The position numbers and the translations under genes are program-made. Below are positions 27,745 to 42,400 of a stretch of DNA of 64,000 nt, in pieces; within the stretch, counting starts at the first letter, position 1; each line of letters opens with the position of its first letter. Location of the stretch: assembly GCA_030141605.1 (NCBI GenBank), contig JAQGDQ010000055.1, positions 730,246-794,245 on the forward strand. Direction: 5' to 3'. A model generated the notes under the pieces. It had not been told where the DNA came from. It ran no database searches and was given only the letters and a program-made list of their open reading frames with translations. This DNA is from Tubiluchus corallicola (lineage: Eukaryota > Animalia > Priapulida).

Positions 27745-30700
27745 TGTTGCTTAGTCGATAAAATGAACCTGAAAGAAAGAAAAGAAAAACAGATTATAAA
27801 CAGCCATTCTACACTTGGGAAAGACTAGGTTAAAAATATCAACAGCAGTAGAAAAATGGAACTGTGGGAAAAAAACTGCAGCAGAAAAAACAAGTCATGC
27901 ATGGTGATAAAAGATAAATCAAATCAGACCCGGTCAGACAAACAGCAGAGTGAAATTTAACTGTGTGAGCTATGCTCTTTCTATTGATTTACAATTGCAA
28001 TTTCAATTTAGTAACTGCGGCTACCATTGGCTGCCCTAAAACATACAAGATCTTACAGAATGACAAACACATACATGTGTAGTATATAATGGTTTACCTA
28101 TTTCACGATAAAAATCTTCTATACATCATTACATGTAATAGTTTACGTTGATTCTAAGAAAGTGAATAAAAATTATTTGGAATTTGCTATAGCCATGTGG
28201 AACCATTTCCTTGAACAATTGGAAAGGCCTGAAGTGCAATTATACCATAAAGTATTTGTGCATTTCGGCCAATGACCAATCTTAACAATTTTTCTAACTC
28301 ATGTAGGCTTACTATAACAGAATTTCATGTGAAGGGGTCTACATGTAATTAAATAAGCTTAACGTTTCAGTAAACCTTACTGCAAGCTTGAAATTGATAA
28401 ATCTCAGCTTCGAACTTTTATTTATTCGAAATTTTTTAAGCTGGTGGCAAATTTATTTAAGAATTTGTTGAACATTCATTTTTAATCACTGTCAAAGAAC
28501 ACACGAAGGTAGCAATATGACAAACCTTCCAGCACTAGACGACCAACCGAAATGTTCTGCGAAAGATTTCTTGTTCTTGCTGTTTAAAAAATTAGAAATG
28601 AATGATTTTTGTGGGCTAGTAGAACTCTGTTTTTTCAAGCTTGATAATATTTTCAAAATTTAAAATAAATTAACTTTGACGTTGCTTCTTAACGAGCTTG
28701 TATTTGATGCTGTGGCTGTTTTACGTGAATAGTAAGTGCAGTTCCAGGTATTAAGGTATTCATCGTCTGTGCTGTTATTGTAGTACTACTACTACTACTA
28801 GTAGTAATTAGTAGTAATAAAATTTTATTTTCAGTCGGGTTAGTAGTACTGCAACATAAAAGATTAGCTAAATTGTGATTTGCTGACAATGGATGATGGA
28901 TGATATGTACAATAAAATGTGATGACGTTATTTTTGTAAATAAGTAGCTTCACAGAAGACATAATACTTAATAGAAAGTGCCCTTCTTTTACGTTCCGAG
29001 TAACACTTCTACCATTGGTCATTGATGATTAAATTTAACGAAGTACTTTGCCTTTGTGAGGGGGAAATGGGCGTAATCCCCCCCCCTCTGATATCCGGGA
29101 AAGCGCTTGTTTCAAATAAGACAGGCAGCCTGCAAATAATAAATGCAGGCAGGCGAAAACAAATGCTTCTGACACATTGATTAATCAGAACTCGCGCCTT
29201 TATTAAAATTTATAAAGATACAAAATAACACAAAACTCAGTTTAAAAAAAATTAACACAAAAGCGGTTTTCTTTCCGTCTGCTAAAAGTAGTTCCCCCAC
29301 TCCTCTGCCTCCTTGCCAAATAGTTCCATTTAAAAAAAAGAAAATTGTTGTTCCCTACGTTCTTCACAAATGTTGATTCACGACTAGACATCTTTAATGT
29401 TAGGTAAATGTTTTTCAATACAGCCCTTGTTGCTTTACTTAGGTGGGACACTATATTATAGGTGGGACATAAGTTATAGCTCAGGCACGTGATGAAATAC
29501 AATTAATTTTTGTTTATTCTTTGTTCGATAAAGTGCAACACTTTAGGTACATGTATACATTAATTTTGTCAGGTTTCATAAGTATCAGTGAATGATTGTA
29601 GAATAGGCAATATGCAACTGAGAAACTCATAGGGATGCCTGTAAATTGTTCTAGACCATGCTGATGAATTGACGGTAGCCGTGTCATGTCAAACCGACAT
29701 TTGTCGATAAATAACGGAATTTTGTGATTTAGGCCTGCAAGTGGTTGTTATCTTACAGATACGATGATTGAAGACTTTAGAATAATTTTACTATAGATTT
29801 TATTATTTTTATTATTGTTTTTATTTTTTCTATGTGTAACAAGATTTCTGCTGCTAAAATTTATTTAGTAGTAAAACAGCATGACACCAGGGACATAATA
29901 ATGGTGAAACATTGTGCTTAGGGTACTTGATGCAGATGTATAATGCCTATAATTAAGTTTCTTGAAGCTAAAAATATTTAGACAAATGTGCTGGTGAATC
30001 AAAGTACGTGGGAGAGAACATGAGCTTTAAGTTTAGCTGCGGTAACTTAAAATACTTAAACCCTCATCACTGGTTGCTTTAGCCTTTACACTGATCATGT
30101 ATAAATTTTATATATTAAGGCATTTAGAACTAATTTTATGTCAGACTTTTCGGTATGATTAAAGAACTATAATTCCACAGCAATGTTTGCGGGTTAGTTG
30201 ACATTTTTTCATTTGCGACCAGCAATTTGATCAAAGGGTAATAAGGTAAATCTTTCACACAAAATTTTGATATGAAGCACATTTTCTTGAGGGAAATTAC
30301 TGACTCCATTTTTTGCATTGATTTGCTTTACAATGTCTTTTGGTCTGGTAAACATATAGCACTGATACATTTTCTGGAATATTTGCAAATTGTCACTTAT
30401 CGTGACATTGTTCATGTTTGTCTGGTTTGTCTACAGTCAGCCGGCAAGAGTTTGCTAGACTGGGCTGGGTAGGCGGAGCTTAGCACGCATTGCCAATCTG
30501 TACATTAAACAATTGGTGAGCAAAAAAATCTCACTGCTTCTTCTGTGGCAACTGAAGGGGAGGATGACGCAAACTCCTGCTATTCTGTGGCAGGAGTAAA
30601 AGTGCAAGTCAGCTGTGTTATTGTGACTAAACGAAATCAACGGTGTAAAGCAGGTCGTCATAAATTATATATTTGTTGCAGTCACAATATAATGTACTAT

Positions 30701-32160
30701 GTAGTACTAATGTATTATGTACTGTGCACAGGACTGTAGTATTCACTTCACAGTGATGGATTCTCTATAACCTTTTCATTTAGGTGTGCTAATTGACATT
30801 GCTAAGATATATTTAGGTATGAAGTACTATGAAGTTCATTGAGGTATTTCAAATTTTGTATCTCTCAGCATAAATTGAGAAGAATAAAGCCTGGTTATTA
30901 AGTGGATGAGTGACCACTAGCAGATGTGCTTCTGTGCAGTTTTGTCTGCCATAGAATGCCTAGAATGTCACGTCATCCTATACCTCATAGCTCAAGATCA
31001 TAAGTCATCAGAACAGCATAGGTCACGGTCACGGAAAATCCGGTAAAATTTCACACTCGACTTATTTATTCAGTTCCAAAACAAATAAAATCAAATTATT
31101 TGTTGTTGGTTAGCAACTTAACAACAGCTTGAGATAATATGCACTGGAAGCTAAAATGTGTTGATACATGTAAATTTTATAAAACAAAATTAAATGCAAT
31201 TATAGTATTTGGTTGTAAAGATTTGGAGTGTGCTATTTTTTAAGAAGCTATCTTCATTCTCTTATATTCGTGTAGCTGTTTATGTGTAGATAACTTATGC
31301 CTAAACAAATAAATATGTAGAATTTAAAGTATCTGTCAGCCTGTCTGTTAGTTATGCCATTTTGCCCATGGTCATAGCACTCTGTACCAAATTGGTACAT
31401 TTACTTTCTGTTATTGTGTATGCACTTAAATGTGGATTGATCACAAATCATAATTTACAAAATTCTACTATGTTACCTATTTAAAGCCTTGAACGTCGAA
31501 GCCTAAATTTTAAATCTAGATGAAACTTGGAATGGCTGTGAATGTCTTTACACAGCTTTAGAGTTCAAAAGTGTCTTTAGAAAAGCAAATAAATGATTAT
31601 GTTATGTTCTGTGATAAACAATGTTTTATAATTCTAAAGTATATATATTTATTAACCCAGGTTTATTACACTAGGATGCCCTGTTTGCCCCACGCCCCTG
31701 ACTTCTGGATATTTTTCTTAGCTACTTTGGCTTCACTCCTCACTTTAATATTGATCAGACTTTTGCACTCGGTTACCATGGGAACTATATGGTTGCCAAT
31801 ATTATTCAGTTTTCTCTTCACCAATGTTGACTTTCCTGGTAGGTGTATTTATTTTGATGTCATCTTGGCATTAAAAGCTAATCTATAAAATGCTAATGTA
31901 ATGTCTCTTGCATGTCTTTGTGGGATTTTTAGTTGATTAGTTATCATGGTTGGAAAGTAAATTAATTTAAGTCAATTTATACGGCACTCAACGCTTATAA
32001 AGATTTACCATCTTTGGCTTTCTTGCAAATGCATAATTATTAAATTTCTTACTGTAAGTTCTGCCTATAAAACTGGTTGTGTTTTGTATAAATTATAACG
32101 CTGAAGTGATTGCAGGTTGCAGTCCAAGCGTATGTGACATGTTTTTAACATCTTATATCT

Positions 32161-32773
32161 TAAAGCAAAACCGGACCCAAACTTAAACTGTACATCAAAC
32201 AATCTACTCTTTAAAATATTGAAATTAAACATACTGTTTTTTCAAAAATCATGTACGTAAAACAATTATTACCACACAAACACAATTTCGCGTTCACGCT
32301 GCTACTTCTTCGCTGTCACATGCATTTCAATAGTTAGACGGGCACTAGCGCACGCATTTCGAAAACGCATTGCACAAAAAACAGTTGCTGTACCTCTCAG
32401 CTCAGATGTGTTAGTTTGTGATGAACTACACATGTTTGACAGCTCATGCATGAGCGGTGAATCTGAAATTTGAATTTTTGCCTAAGGAGATAAAATAGTT
32501 TTAGTACGTCACACTGAATATCTTACAGTTGCACTGTACTTCAATTTTCGCTTTTACAAACACATGTAACACACTCGTGGAATATTTTTGTTGTTGAAAT
32601 TATGTTAGTTTGTGATGTCATCAATAGTTGGGCTCGCCCGCCGTTAATTAAGTTTTTAATCTATTATTTAGTTATCGGGAACGCTTTTGCAGTATTAATC
32701 ATGTTAAAATATATACTTTTTATCCGACTTGAAAATGGGGTAGTATAGGAAAAATCATCCTGTCTTCCTTTAA
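32161..32773 (-). mobile_element. MITE family A copy
   Basis: Reverse complement of the 1059-1625 element, with TTAA at both ends. Confidence 0.75.
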
Positions 32774-33937
32774 AGCTCTTAATGAAAGTTGTTTCTTTTT
32801 GCAATAAATTAATTTGAAACTTATTTACTGCCAGATTCTCGTCAATAAGCAGATTACGTCCAGTTATGATCAAAGTTGTTTTAAAACTGTCCAAGTCCAT
32901 TGTGCTTAATATCACAAAGCTCTAAGGAGGTGAAATCTATGCCTCTGTAACCGGTCTTTATTCTGTTGCTTTAACCTTTTTTACTTTCTTTTTTATCTTG
33001 AGCAAACAAATTAAATGTTTTAGAGAAATAAAACAATCGAACATAGTTGATGGCATTTTTAATCATTTTTAAGTTTCTTTTTTGTAATCTGGTCTTCACT
33101 TTTCCCTGTAAATGTGAAGTGTGCACTTGAGATCTGTTTTCTACAACCAAATTTACTACCTGAACAGAAACGTTCTCAATCTGAACTGAGTCTATGCAAG
33201 TATGAACAGTGACTTTGGTCTCCTTTTTGAGATCTGCACACTAAAAACTTTCAGACTCGAACTGTAAATGTGTATGTAAACATACTTCATTTCTGTTTGC
33301 ATTTCTCTAAAACGTCCTGTTTGGGCACAGTCTGCATTTATAAACTTGTGCCTCACAATGAATCCTCGGTTTGCTTTATACTTATGAAAACATTGGACAT
33401 TTCATTCTTTAAGTTTAGCCAGAGTAAATTTTGCCACCTTTACTGACTCGAGCATGTAGTGTTGTAATCCATATTCAGTCTCTTTCTAATTAATGTAAAA
33501 GAGCTGTAAATTCATTTTGATCCGTAAGTTTGCTTAGTCATTTATATCAGCATTGAAAAACATTCGATAAATTAATCATCATAATAATACTGTTACATTG
33601 CATCATATTCTCATTTTATGCACTGTATTTTTTTTCTTTCTGTAAAAAGGTGATAAAATAAATAAAGAAGATGCTTAGGTAGCATTTTATTTTTATTTCT
33701 GATGTCTTTGCCTTTGGTCAGTGACTCTCTCTGCATTGCATTTCTTTCACAATGCCATTTTCGTGTTTGTCTCAGCTTTAATTCCGACCAGCTTGCATTT
33801 GATCTTCTGAGCTTTCTTGGTTTCTTCATGCCGGCCAGTTTTGTATATTTGCGAATGGTCATACTGTCTTGCAGCATTCTGTAAACTGCTTTATTGAGTT
33901 TCATTTTAACATTTAGATGTTTGCAACTGTCTGTCTG

Positions 33938-34618
33938 AGACGTAACAAGAAAAGGGGTACCTGAACTTCATTTCAGAAAAATCGCCTTAAAAATGATATT
34001 ACTTTTTAGCAATTTCTAGTGTATATCGTACTCGCATTGAAAGGATTTTTTGTTTGTTCTCGTTTTAAATCTCCCGAAATACTGCTTGACTGCGCCATTA
34101 CGTGATGTCACTATACAAACATAAATCAGGGGAAGAAAAGGAAATGTTAAACTATGTCGGAAAAAACTTTCCATGCAAAGTTATATTATTTAACATTTTG
34201 CTTATCTGCTTGAAAGACTTATACAACTAGAAAAGAAAATTATGAATCATTTAAAATGTTTTCACCAATTGGTAAATTGTTGCCTCACCTCCAGGGTGCA
34301 CCACTCACTAACCAAAAACATATTTTTAATCTTCTTGACAAGATACAGTAATTTTAAATCTAAGTTAGTGACGTGTGCACTACGAATGCTCTGATTATTT
34401 TTTCAAACTTTACTCACTGTTATTTAAACTTGCTTCAAATGACGTATCGTCCGAATGGCTGCTTCTAACGGTCATTGCAGGATTTTAAATTTACATATTT
34501 CATACAGCGTTACTGCCAATGCAAGCCCTGCATGCAAAAAGGCAGTATGTAAATGATATAAAATTTCAAGATGAATTTTTTAAACTTTATGTAAGTGGAG
34601 GGTTTTCTTGTACTTTAA
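33938..34618 (+). mobile_element. MITE family B copy
   Basis: acaagaaaaggggtacctgaa...ggttttcttgtactttaa. Confidence 0.7.
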
Positions 34619-35174
34619 AACATTTTACTGTTTCAAAAGTTAGTTGCACTTGAGTCTCCCCATGGGTGTCTGCAAAGGGGAACGTGGGTGACTTATCCTT
34701 CCTGTGGAAGCTAGGTAGTTTTATGAGATGAAGCTGTGAGTTGAAGAAAATGTGTGGATCGATGGACTCAGAGAGCCAGGCGAATCCCAAAATGCAGAAA
34801 ATGCATTTATAATGAGCAGGTGCAATTGAAGCCATTCCACACAATGTTAGTCCAACTTCTGAAAAATTGGCTGTGAATAGTCAAACACCTAAAGAGGTAC
34901 TAGTGACATCATGGCGAATGGCCAATCTGCTTTCAAATGTATCATCATCTTTTTGAAAGTCAGTTAAGTGTTGTGGAATAGGTGGTGAAATAAATTATTA
35001 AGAACTAGTCTGTTAATTAATTGTCCACATGGTCTGCCTTGCTGATGCAGACATGCTGTTCAATTTGTATGATTACTTTTGCTAGGTAATTAGGCTGTGA
35101 TCTTTAGCAAAACCACTGTTGAATAGTGAAACAAAAGAACATTTGTTGTTTTCAACTTCCAGTGAGCGTAACGC

Positions 35175-35460
35175 ATCATAACATGGCATGTCATGGCAAG
35201 CATGGCATGACAACATAACATAACATACCATAACATAATATAACATAACATGGCATAACATAACACAATATGGCATGGCATGGCATGACATAACATAACA
35301 TGGTATGGCATAGCATGGTATGACAACATAACATAGATAACATATCATAACATAAAATAGCATAGCATGGCATAACATAACGTAATATAACATGGCATAG
35401 CATAGCATGGAATAACACAATATTGCGTAACACAACATAAGATAACATAACATAACATAA
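35175..35460. repeat. (CATAA/CATGG)n pentamer microsatellite
   Basis: Seen directly. Confidence 0.9.
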
Positions 35461-36242
35461 TGTAATCTTTGCTTTTATCTTGGTACACGTTACATATGCA
35501 TTATACTTTTTACAACTGCCGTTCAAATGTAACTGCAGGACAACAAAAGACGTTTTTTTTTTCAAAATCCTGTCTGTCTTACTGTACAGTATAGTGAATG
35601 TTTTTATCAATTTGTCCAGATGATGGGGTTCCGCTTCCCGACTGCGTCATCCTAATGATTTGCGTAAGCTGAGCTGATTGCATGTGGGAAGCAGACTGGC
35701 TTCACTGGCTTCATTCACGTACTTGTGTGTAGCAAGGCATCACGTTGAACGCATGTAAGCACGCGCATCATTTAGCTAGCACGCCAAGAAGCATCAACGT
35801 GTGTACAATGATTAGTTACAGAGCGACAGTCAAGGTATTTAACTACGTGCAATGTTATTAATGGCTGCTGATTTGTTTGCTAATAATTCTGCTGCTAGTT
35901 TCTGTTATTGTGACTGTGTACAGTAAACAGTGATTTAATAATTACACAGCTCTTGTGTCTGATTAGATTTTAGGGATGTCACAGCAGTTGACTTCGGGAG
36001 CGCGGGGTTGTATCAAGTTCTGGTTTGATGTAATTACGTTACACCCTAATACACTCACTTTGCCTGATTAGCGAAGTTTTCTTTCTTCTTTGTTTTTGTT
36101 ATTGCGATTATAATCAGAAAACCATAAAAAAAACTAATGAACAAATTTGAAAGTCGAACAATTAACAGCTACGTTGTTAAATAATCGGTATTTAAGATAT
36201 TGTTTAGCTTTGTAATGTTATCATTACATTGTTGGCGTTTTG

Positions 36243-36894
36243 CTTAAAGGCAGACAGCATGATTTTTCATATAATGCCCCATTTTCAAATACTGTAAAAC
36301 GTATACATTTTAACGCAATTAGTACTGCAAAACCGTTTCTCATAATTAAATAATATAATTAAATAATAATTTCTCATAATAAAAACTTAATTAATGGCAG
36401 GCAAGCCTAACTCTTGATGACATCACAAATGAACATAATTTTCAACAGCAAAAATATTCCACGAGCGTGTTGCACGCGTTTGCGAAAGCGAACATAGAAG
36501 TACAGTGCCACTGTAAGATATTCAGTGTGTTGTTATAAAACTAGGCAAGTTTTAAGATAAAAATTCAAATTTCAAATTTACCGCTGTGCTCACGCATGAG
36601 CTGTCGAACATGTGTATGTAGTTTGTCACAAACTAACACATCTGAACTGAGAGGTACAACACCTGTTTTATGTGCAATGCGTTTCGAAAATGCAGGTGCT
36701 AGTGCTTGTCTAACTAGCAAATGACGAAATGCATGTAATAGCGAAGAACTAGTGGCGTGAATGCGAAATTGCATTTGTGTGGTAATAATAACTCTTGTAA
36801 GTCATTTTTGAAAAAGTAGTGTGTTTCCTTTCAATGTTTTAAAGAGTAGGTTGTTTTGACCTACAGTTTAAGATTGGGTCTGGTTTTGCTTTAA
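36243..36894 (+). mobile_element. MITE family A copy
   Basis: ttaaaggcagacagcatgatttt...gggtctggttttgctttaa. Confidence 0.75.
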
Positions 36895-39228
36895 TATTTC
36901 CTAAGATCATAGCAGTAGTGATTAATGATGTCATGGTTGGTGGTGATGGTGTAGGAAATGTTGGTGATGACATGGTCACAGGTGGGGCTAGTGATCCTGG
37001 TCAGGATAAAATTATGGACTAATTAAGACTGTATGTGGTACAGATCACCTGGTCTTTTACCAGGTGGGGAATAGTCTGGTACTCAGCCCATAAGTCTGGA
37101 CTAACTAGCCCAATGGTTAACTTTCCTTGCTTGTTGACTTGGTTGTTCCTCTTCAGCAGGTTGTCAAACCTTGCTGGTTGTGTTTGGAACTAGAGAGCCA
37201 TTAATGCATATATTTTAATTGCACTAACACAAAAAATGCATCCACTAAACCACATTGCAACATTGCAAGACTACAACTTGTCTACATCTTTCTCATTCCT
37301 GAAAGCAAGTTTTAAAATAGAACTTTCAATTTTTTGGTACCATTAACAGACAACAATTTGCAAACATGAAGAGGTAACAACAGTGATGCAAAGTTAATTT
37401 ATATAACGACAAAAAATTAAAATTAGTACAACTTACGTGACATATACTGATTAGAAAAGCAACCCAAATTTTAATTTTATGTGAAATAATGACAACTAGA
37501 ATCTTATATGTTTTACTGTTTTCTCTGTCATATTTTAGACCAGATAGCATGCATTTCTTGTTTGAATTTTTTTTAAAAAATAAGTTCAATTAATTTATTC
37601 TAATGCAGCAATAGAATCATAAACCTTGTGCATTCCTTATGACATAAAAGATCAAAGTTTATAAGTCTGTAAAAATTCCTTCTCACTATTATCTTATATT
37701 ATTTGATGTTTCTCATATTAAAATAGTTTTACTTTAAATATTATATTGGACATTAAGTAATGAAGCACAACACTAATCTCTGAAATGAGCAAATCAATAT
37801 TAATAATTACCCTATCAGACACGCTTGAAATGGAAACCGTCATTTTTGTTTTATGTCCTGCAAATAAAACAGCATGACTCATTCACTTTTGTCATAAAAA
37901 TCCAGTTCACGTTCTACACACATTGTGATTCATTGTCACATTAGGGTATCATTTCACAAGGATTAACACTGGCTGACTGCTTGACTGGATGTTGATAAGA
38001 TAAGATTTGAAAAGAGACAATGCAGTCATTATTGATGAGGTTTAACTCTTTTGCTGGTTATTAATTAATGAAGATCATTGTGCAAACGTGTTGTGCATTC
38101 TGAAAAATGTAGGTAATCGGTCTGTTTCATGTAGTGATTACTTTAATGTACCTGTCGAGATAAAAAAGTTAAAAGAAAACGAGACAATCAAAATTTATAG
38201 ACCCTATAAACAAAATTTGGAACTTTCTCGTCTCCTTTGATTTGAGCTCATCCTTGTTACTTGGCCTGCCTTTCTAATTCCTGTCAAAATGTTCTGTCAA
38301 AACTGCAATGTTCATTTGTTCAATTTACACCCGTCAATTTTCTTTTAATCAGTTTTTGTTTCTCCGGTTTTCTTGCTGTTTCTTTTACTCTTTTCTCTCA
38401 ATCTCTCTCTTCTCTTCTTTCCTTCTTCCCCTTTTGGTAGTTATCTTAATCATACTAGCCACTGTGCATAAATTAGTTTGATTTTTGCTATTAAAATCAA
38501 AAGCAATTGTACCTAATTATTTCCTTTAGTGAACTATTAAATTAAGTAAATGGCATTATAATGTTTAAAAAATTTAATTTAGGTCTGATTGTCATAACAT
38601 GTGAAGTGATTACGTCTCCTTTGTATTACAAGTTACTTTGAGTGGAGTGTACTTGCCTTAGTATTCATTTTGATAAATTTGCCTTGGGGAATCGAAATAA
38701 TCGTAAAGTCGGCATTGTGGCTTTTCCCAATTGATTACGTGCATTGCAGAAAGTCTTTCGTAACCATAGCAATAATTGATTTTACAGTTTTGCGGGATGT
38801 GAGTATGATTTAAAGTGTCCTTTAAAATTTTTTCATGAAACTAATGTGGTTTTAATAGTGAAAGTCAAAGTAATTTGATAAATCACTTGCCGTTTAATTG
38901 GAATTATTGCAGCAGCGCATTATTGGCAATGCGGTTAACCGACTCACCTGCAGGTGGCTCTGTAGTAGTTTTAATAATGAGAAGACCTGTTATATTTAAA
39001 ACATATCAATAAGATCTGAAGATTTATCTTTGAAGACATATGTGACTCAGCAACATGCTTTATTCAGAAGTTTTGAACTCAAAGTCACGATTTTTTAGGT
39101 AAAACATTTTTCTGTAGCCTCGGTAAAAACGGAAGTTTCGAATGGAAACACTAGCATAAAAACTGAAAAACTTTGTTTCATTGCAGTAATAATGCCCACC
39201 ATGATGGTTGAGTAGAGGTGAGCTGACA

Positions 39229-39421
39229 ATGGACATGTCATCGTATGATCAGCTGCTACGCCAGGTGGAAGGACTAAAGAATGAGAATGCCCATCTGCGT
39301 CGTGAACTGCAGGACAACTCGAAGCACCTCACTAAACTGGAGCTCGAGGCATGCAACATGAAGAATGTCCTCAACCAGCTGTCAACGAGCATGACCGATA
39401 ACTTAGACATGAATTCTAACA
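39229..39421 (+). CDS. APC: Adenomatous polyposis coli N-terminal coiled-coil, first coding exon only
   Basis: MDMSSYDQLLRQVEGLKNENAHLRRELQDNSKHLTKLELEACNMKNVLNQL closely matches the APC N-terminus (SYDQLL.QVE.LK.EN..LR.EL.DNS.HLTKLE.EA.NMK.VL.QL). Acceptor ttgcag ends at 39186 and the donor gtaagt is at 39422. Confidence 0.92.
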
Positions 39422-42400
39422 GTAAGTATTCCATGTTTTTGAGTACACTTGTATCTCAGTTTGCCGGAAAAAAATGGGGAGATTTTGGTCCAAGTTTGCT
39501 GATTGTTCATATTTACTGATACTTAGCTAATGCAGTAAGTGCTGTAATGTATTAGACTCACGGTAATGTAGAATCAATTGCCTAATTGTCTCAAAAACGT
39601 CTAGTACAGGCTGTTCCTGACATACAAGCTACACACGTGTCGTTACACGCTTCTTGATTGCACTGATGTAATGATCTAAACAAAGTGACGACCCGCCAGC
39701 TAGCAGCCAGCTCGCAAAACAATGGACTGTGTCCATAACATGCAGGACTTTTAACGGCCAGATTTTGTCCAATTTTTCTGATATCCCTAAACGCGAGGTC
39801 CGTCAAACTAATAAATTTTTAGTGTCTTAAGTTTCTAATTTTCACCTAAATGAAATTTGCAGTTCTGTAGGTTTATTGATTAAGATCACACTACAACTAT
39901 AGTGGCATAATCATTCAGTTTATAGAGTAAATTCATTTGTCGGAAAAATTGAGTTCTGCTTTCTTTTCCATTCCGCTGAAGTATTCCCTTTTGGTGTATG
40001 TAGTAAAGCCTGTGAGCATCTGATGGTTTCAAATTTCTGGTGGAGCTGCAAGCTTGTGATTTCTTTGTATCCCTAATGCTCATTTTTATGATAGTGCTTT
40101 TCCTTTGACGGCATTTCTTAAGGGTGACTGTGTTATTGTTTTTTCTGGCCAGACGTGAGAAATGATGGTGGCCCTAGAAGAGTAAGAGCAATTGAATCAG
40201 AGCAGTAATAATGTCTGAAATCAATATCGTGTAATTGTATTGGTGGGTTTTATTAATTTAATCGTGAGAATGGATGTCTTGTTAATTCTCTGGTGACACC
40301 TTAACATGGTAAAATGAGTTACTTAGCTGTGCGTCTCATGAGTTGCACTTACAGAAACATTAGAGAAACTCGTACCACTCTGTACACTTGCAGTTTGGAT
40401 TAGGTGCTGTTAGTAGGGGTGAGCATCGAACATTCAGATTCGATTCAAATGAGTTTTTTTTAGCTTGAATTGATTCGAACCTAAAATTACAGGTTCCAAT
40501 AGTTCACCACTTCAGCTACGAATGTTTTTTATAATTAAAACGTTTGACATATTCGCACTATTTAGCTGTGATTTCTAGGCAGAATATTAGTGTTTTTACT
40601 GCAGAACAAAATCAAGTAATACGCATAATCTTTGTGAGGCCACTTTTTGTTAATGCTTCGAAATGCATTCCATAATGTTTAAACTGAATTGGAATTCAAT
40701 GTGATTCGAGTTTAAAAGGCACAAATTCGATTCGAATGGAATTTGCTTTCTTGTAGAGAATTCTCATCCCTAACTGACCTTAATTATCAGCACTGGCCTT
40801 TGAAGGTGAATTGTTGTTTTAGTGTTGTCTAATGTTCTCAATTGTTTTCATGAGTTTAATCTTATTGTCTATGTTTCTCTATTGATCTAGTATGCTCAGT
40901 ACACTTCTTGTACTGTAAATGAATTCAATCACTAAATAGTTTGAGCATCATCAGTTTTTCAAGCAGTTTTTATTTAGAAGAAACTGTGTATGTAGATAGC
41001 GTTGGAAGATGTGAATAAACTGTTCCGCTAATGTGTTTGCAACGAAACATGGTGGTCACTCACGGGTTCAAATTCATTTTAAAGCACCCCCGCTGTGATT
41101 TCTAGCACTAGTCAAACAAACATTCTGCTTTGCAACCAGTTCCTGCAGATTTACAGTACTTATCAAACCTTAAAATTCCCCATTTTCACAGCATGGAAGC
41201 TTCCATGTCTTAGGTCGTAAGATCACACAAGAATTCCGCCGCATTAGTCATCCACCAGGGTCGTAGACGCCATCAAATATGTATGTGGGTTAATTCTAGT
41301 CGTACAGCAAAATGTAGTGTGCAGTGGTTTCTTCATAATTACGGATCAATGACGACCTAATGGCCATGGCAGATCAATGAAACAACCAACTGTTCCTTTA
41401 TCCACGAAGTACTAGCGCAGGTTAATGTTAGCCAACGCATAATTCATGTTATATATAACAATTTACTGCCTCTTGTTAGATCAATTTTTAAAACTAAGAA
41501 AAATTATAATGACGTGTATCGTGTCAGATTAAATTTTTCAATGACCATAGAAACTATTTTTGAACATTCACAGAAGACGAAGTAGTGAATTTTTAAAAGT
41601 ATGCTCGTGTACATAGCGGACATTTGGCAAGTTTACATATTCTATCAAAACTGTGCATTAGACCTGGGAGCCCACAATTTTCAACTTTGCATAATGTTCC
41701 TGTTTAGTTCAATCCGATTTCTTTATCCAGTCTTTTCTATTTTCACTACAGTGCATGTACAGTAAACGCAATTTTAAGACGTAATTATGTGTATAAGTAC
41801 ATTAACATATGAAATGCTTAAAGCAAATAAAAGATTAGTAATATTAGTATAAGAACAGGAAATTTAATTTAAAAGCTTTTGGAGAATTTGAAGCTTGTTG
41901 TAGTTTTTAAATTTTATTTCCTTATTGACGTTCTAAATCTTAAAGGAAAACCAGATCCGATCCCGTAGGTCAAAAAATCTGTTCTTTAAAATATTGAGAA
42001 GGAACATACTATTTTTTAAAGAATGGCTGGCTTGGGAGAATTATTACCACACAAAAGTAATTTCGTGTTCCCGCACCTTGGCTGTTATGACGCGTTTAGA
42101 CGTAGAGACTTCTCACGTGACTTGTTGCGTAACTTTTTTCCGAGAGAAATTGCCAAGACGTTCACACGCTGCAATTGCGAGTGAAGTCTCTACGTCTGAG
42201 CGCACCATTACATGCATATCGCCATTCGTTAGTTAGATGGGCACTAGCGCCTGCATTTCGGAAGGCCATTGCACGAAAAACAAGCGCTGTACCTCTGTGT
42301 GTGTGTGTGTGTTTGCATTTTACTTATATTCAAGCAGGCTGCAACTGCTTGTTGTGTAATAAGTTGCACCTGTTCGTTATGTGGCACTTACATAAAAGCA

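Noticed and set aside
35082-35610. Cys/Tyr/Met-rich ORFs
   Set aside because: Pentamer microsatellite artefacts.
41191-41216. Possible APC exon 2 (cacag|CATGG..GTC|gtaaga)
   Set aside because: Phase-compatible, but only 26 nt with no APC similarity, so unsupported.
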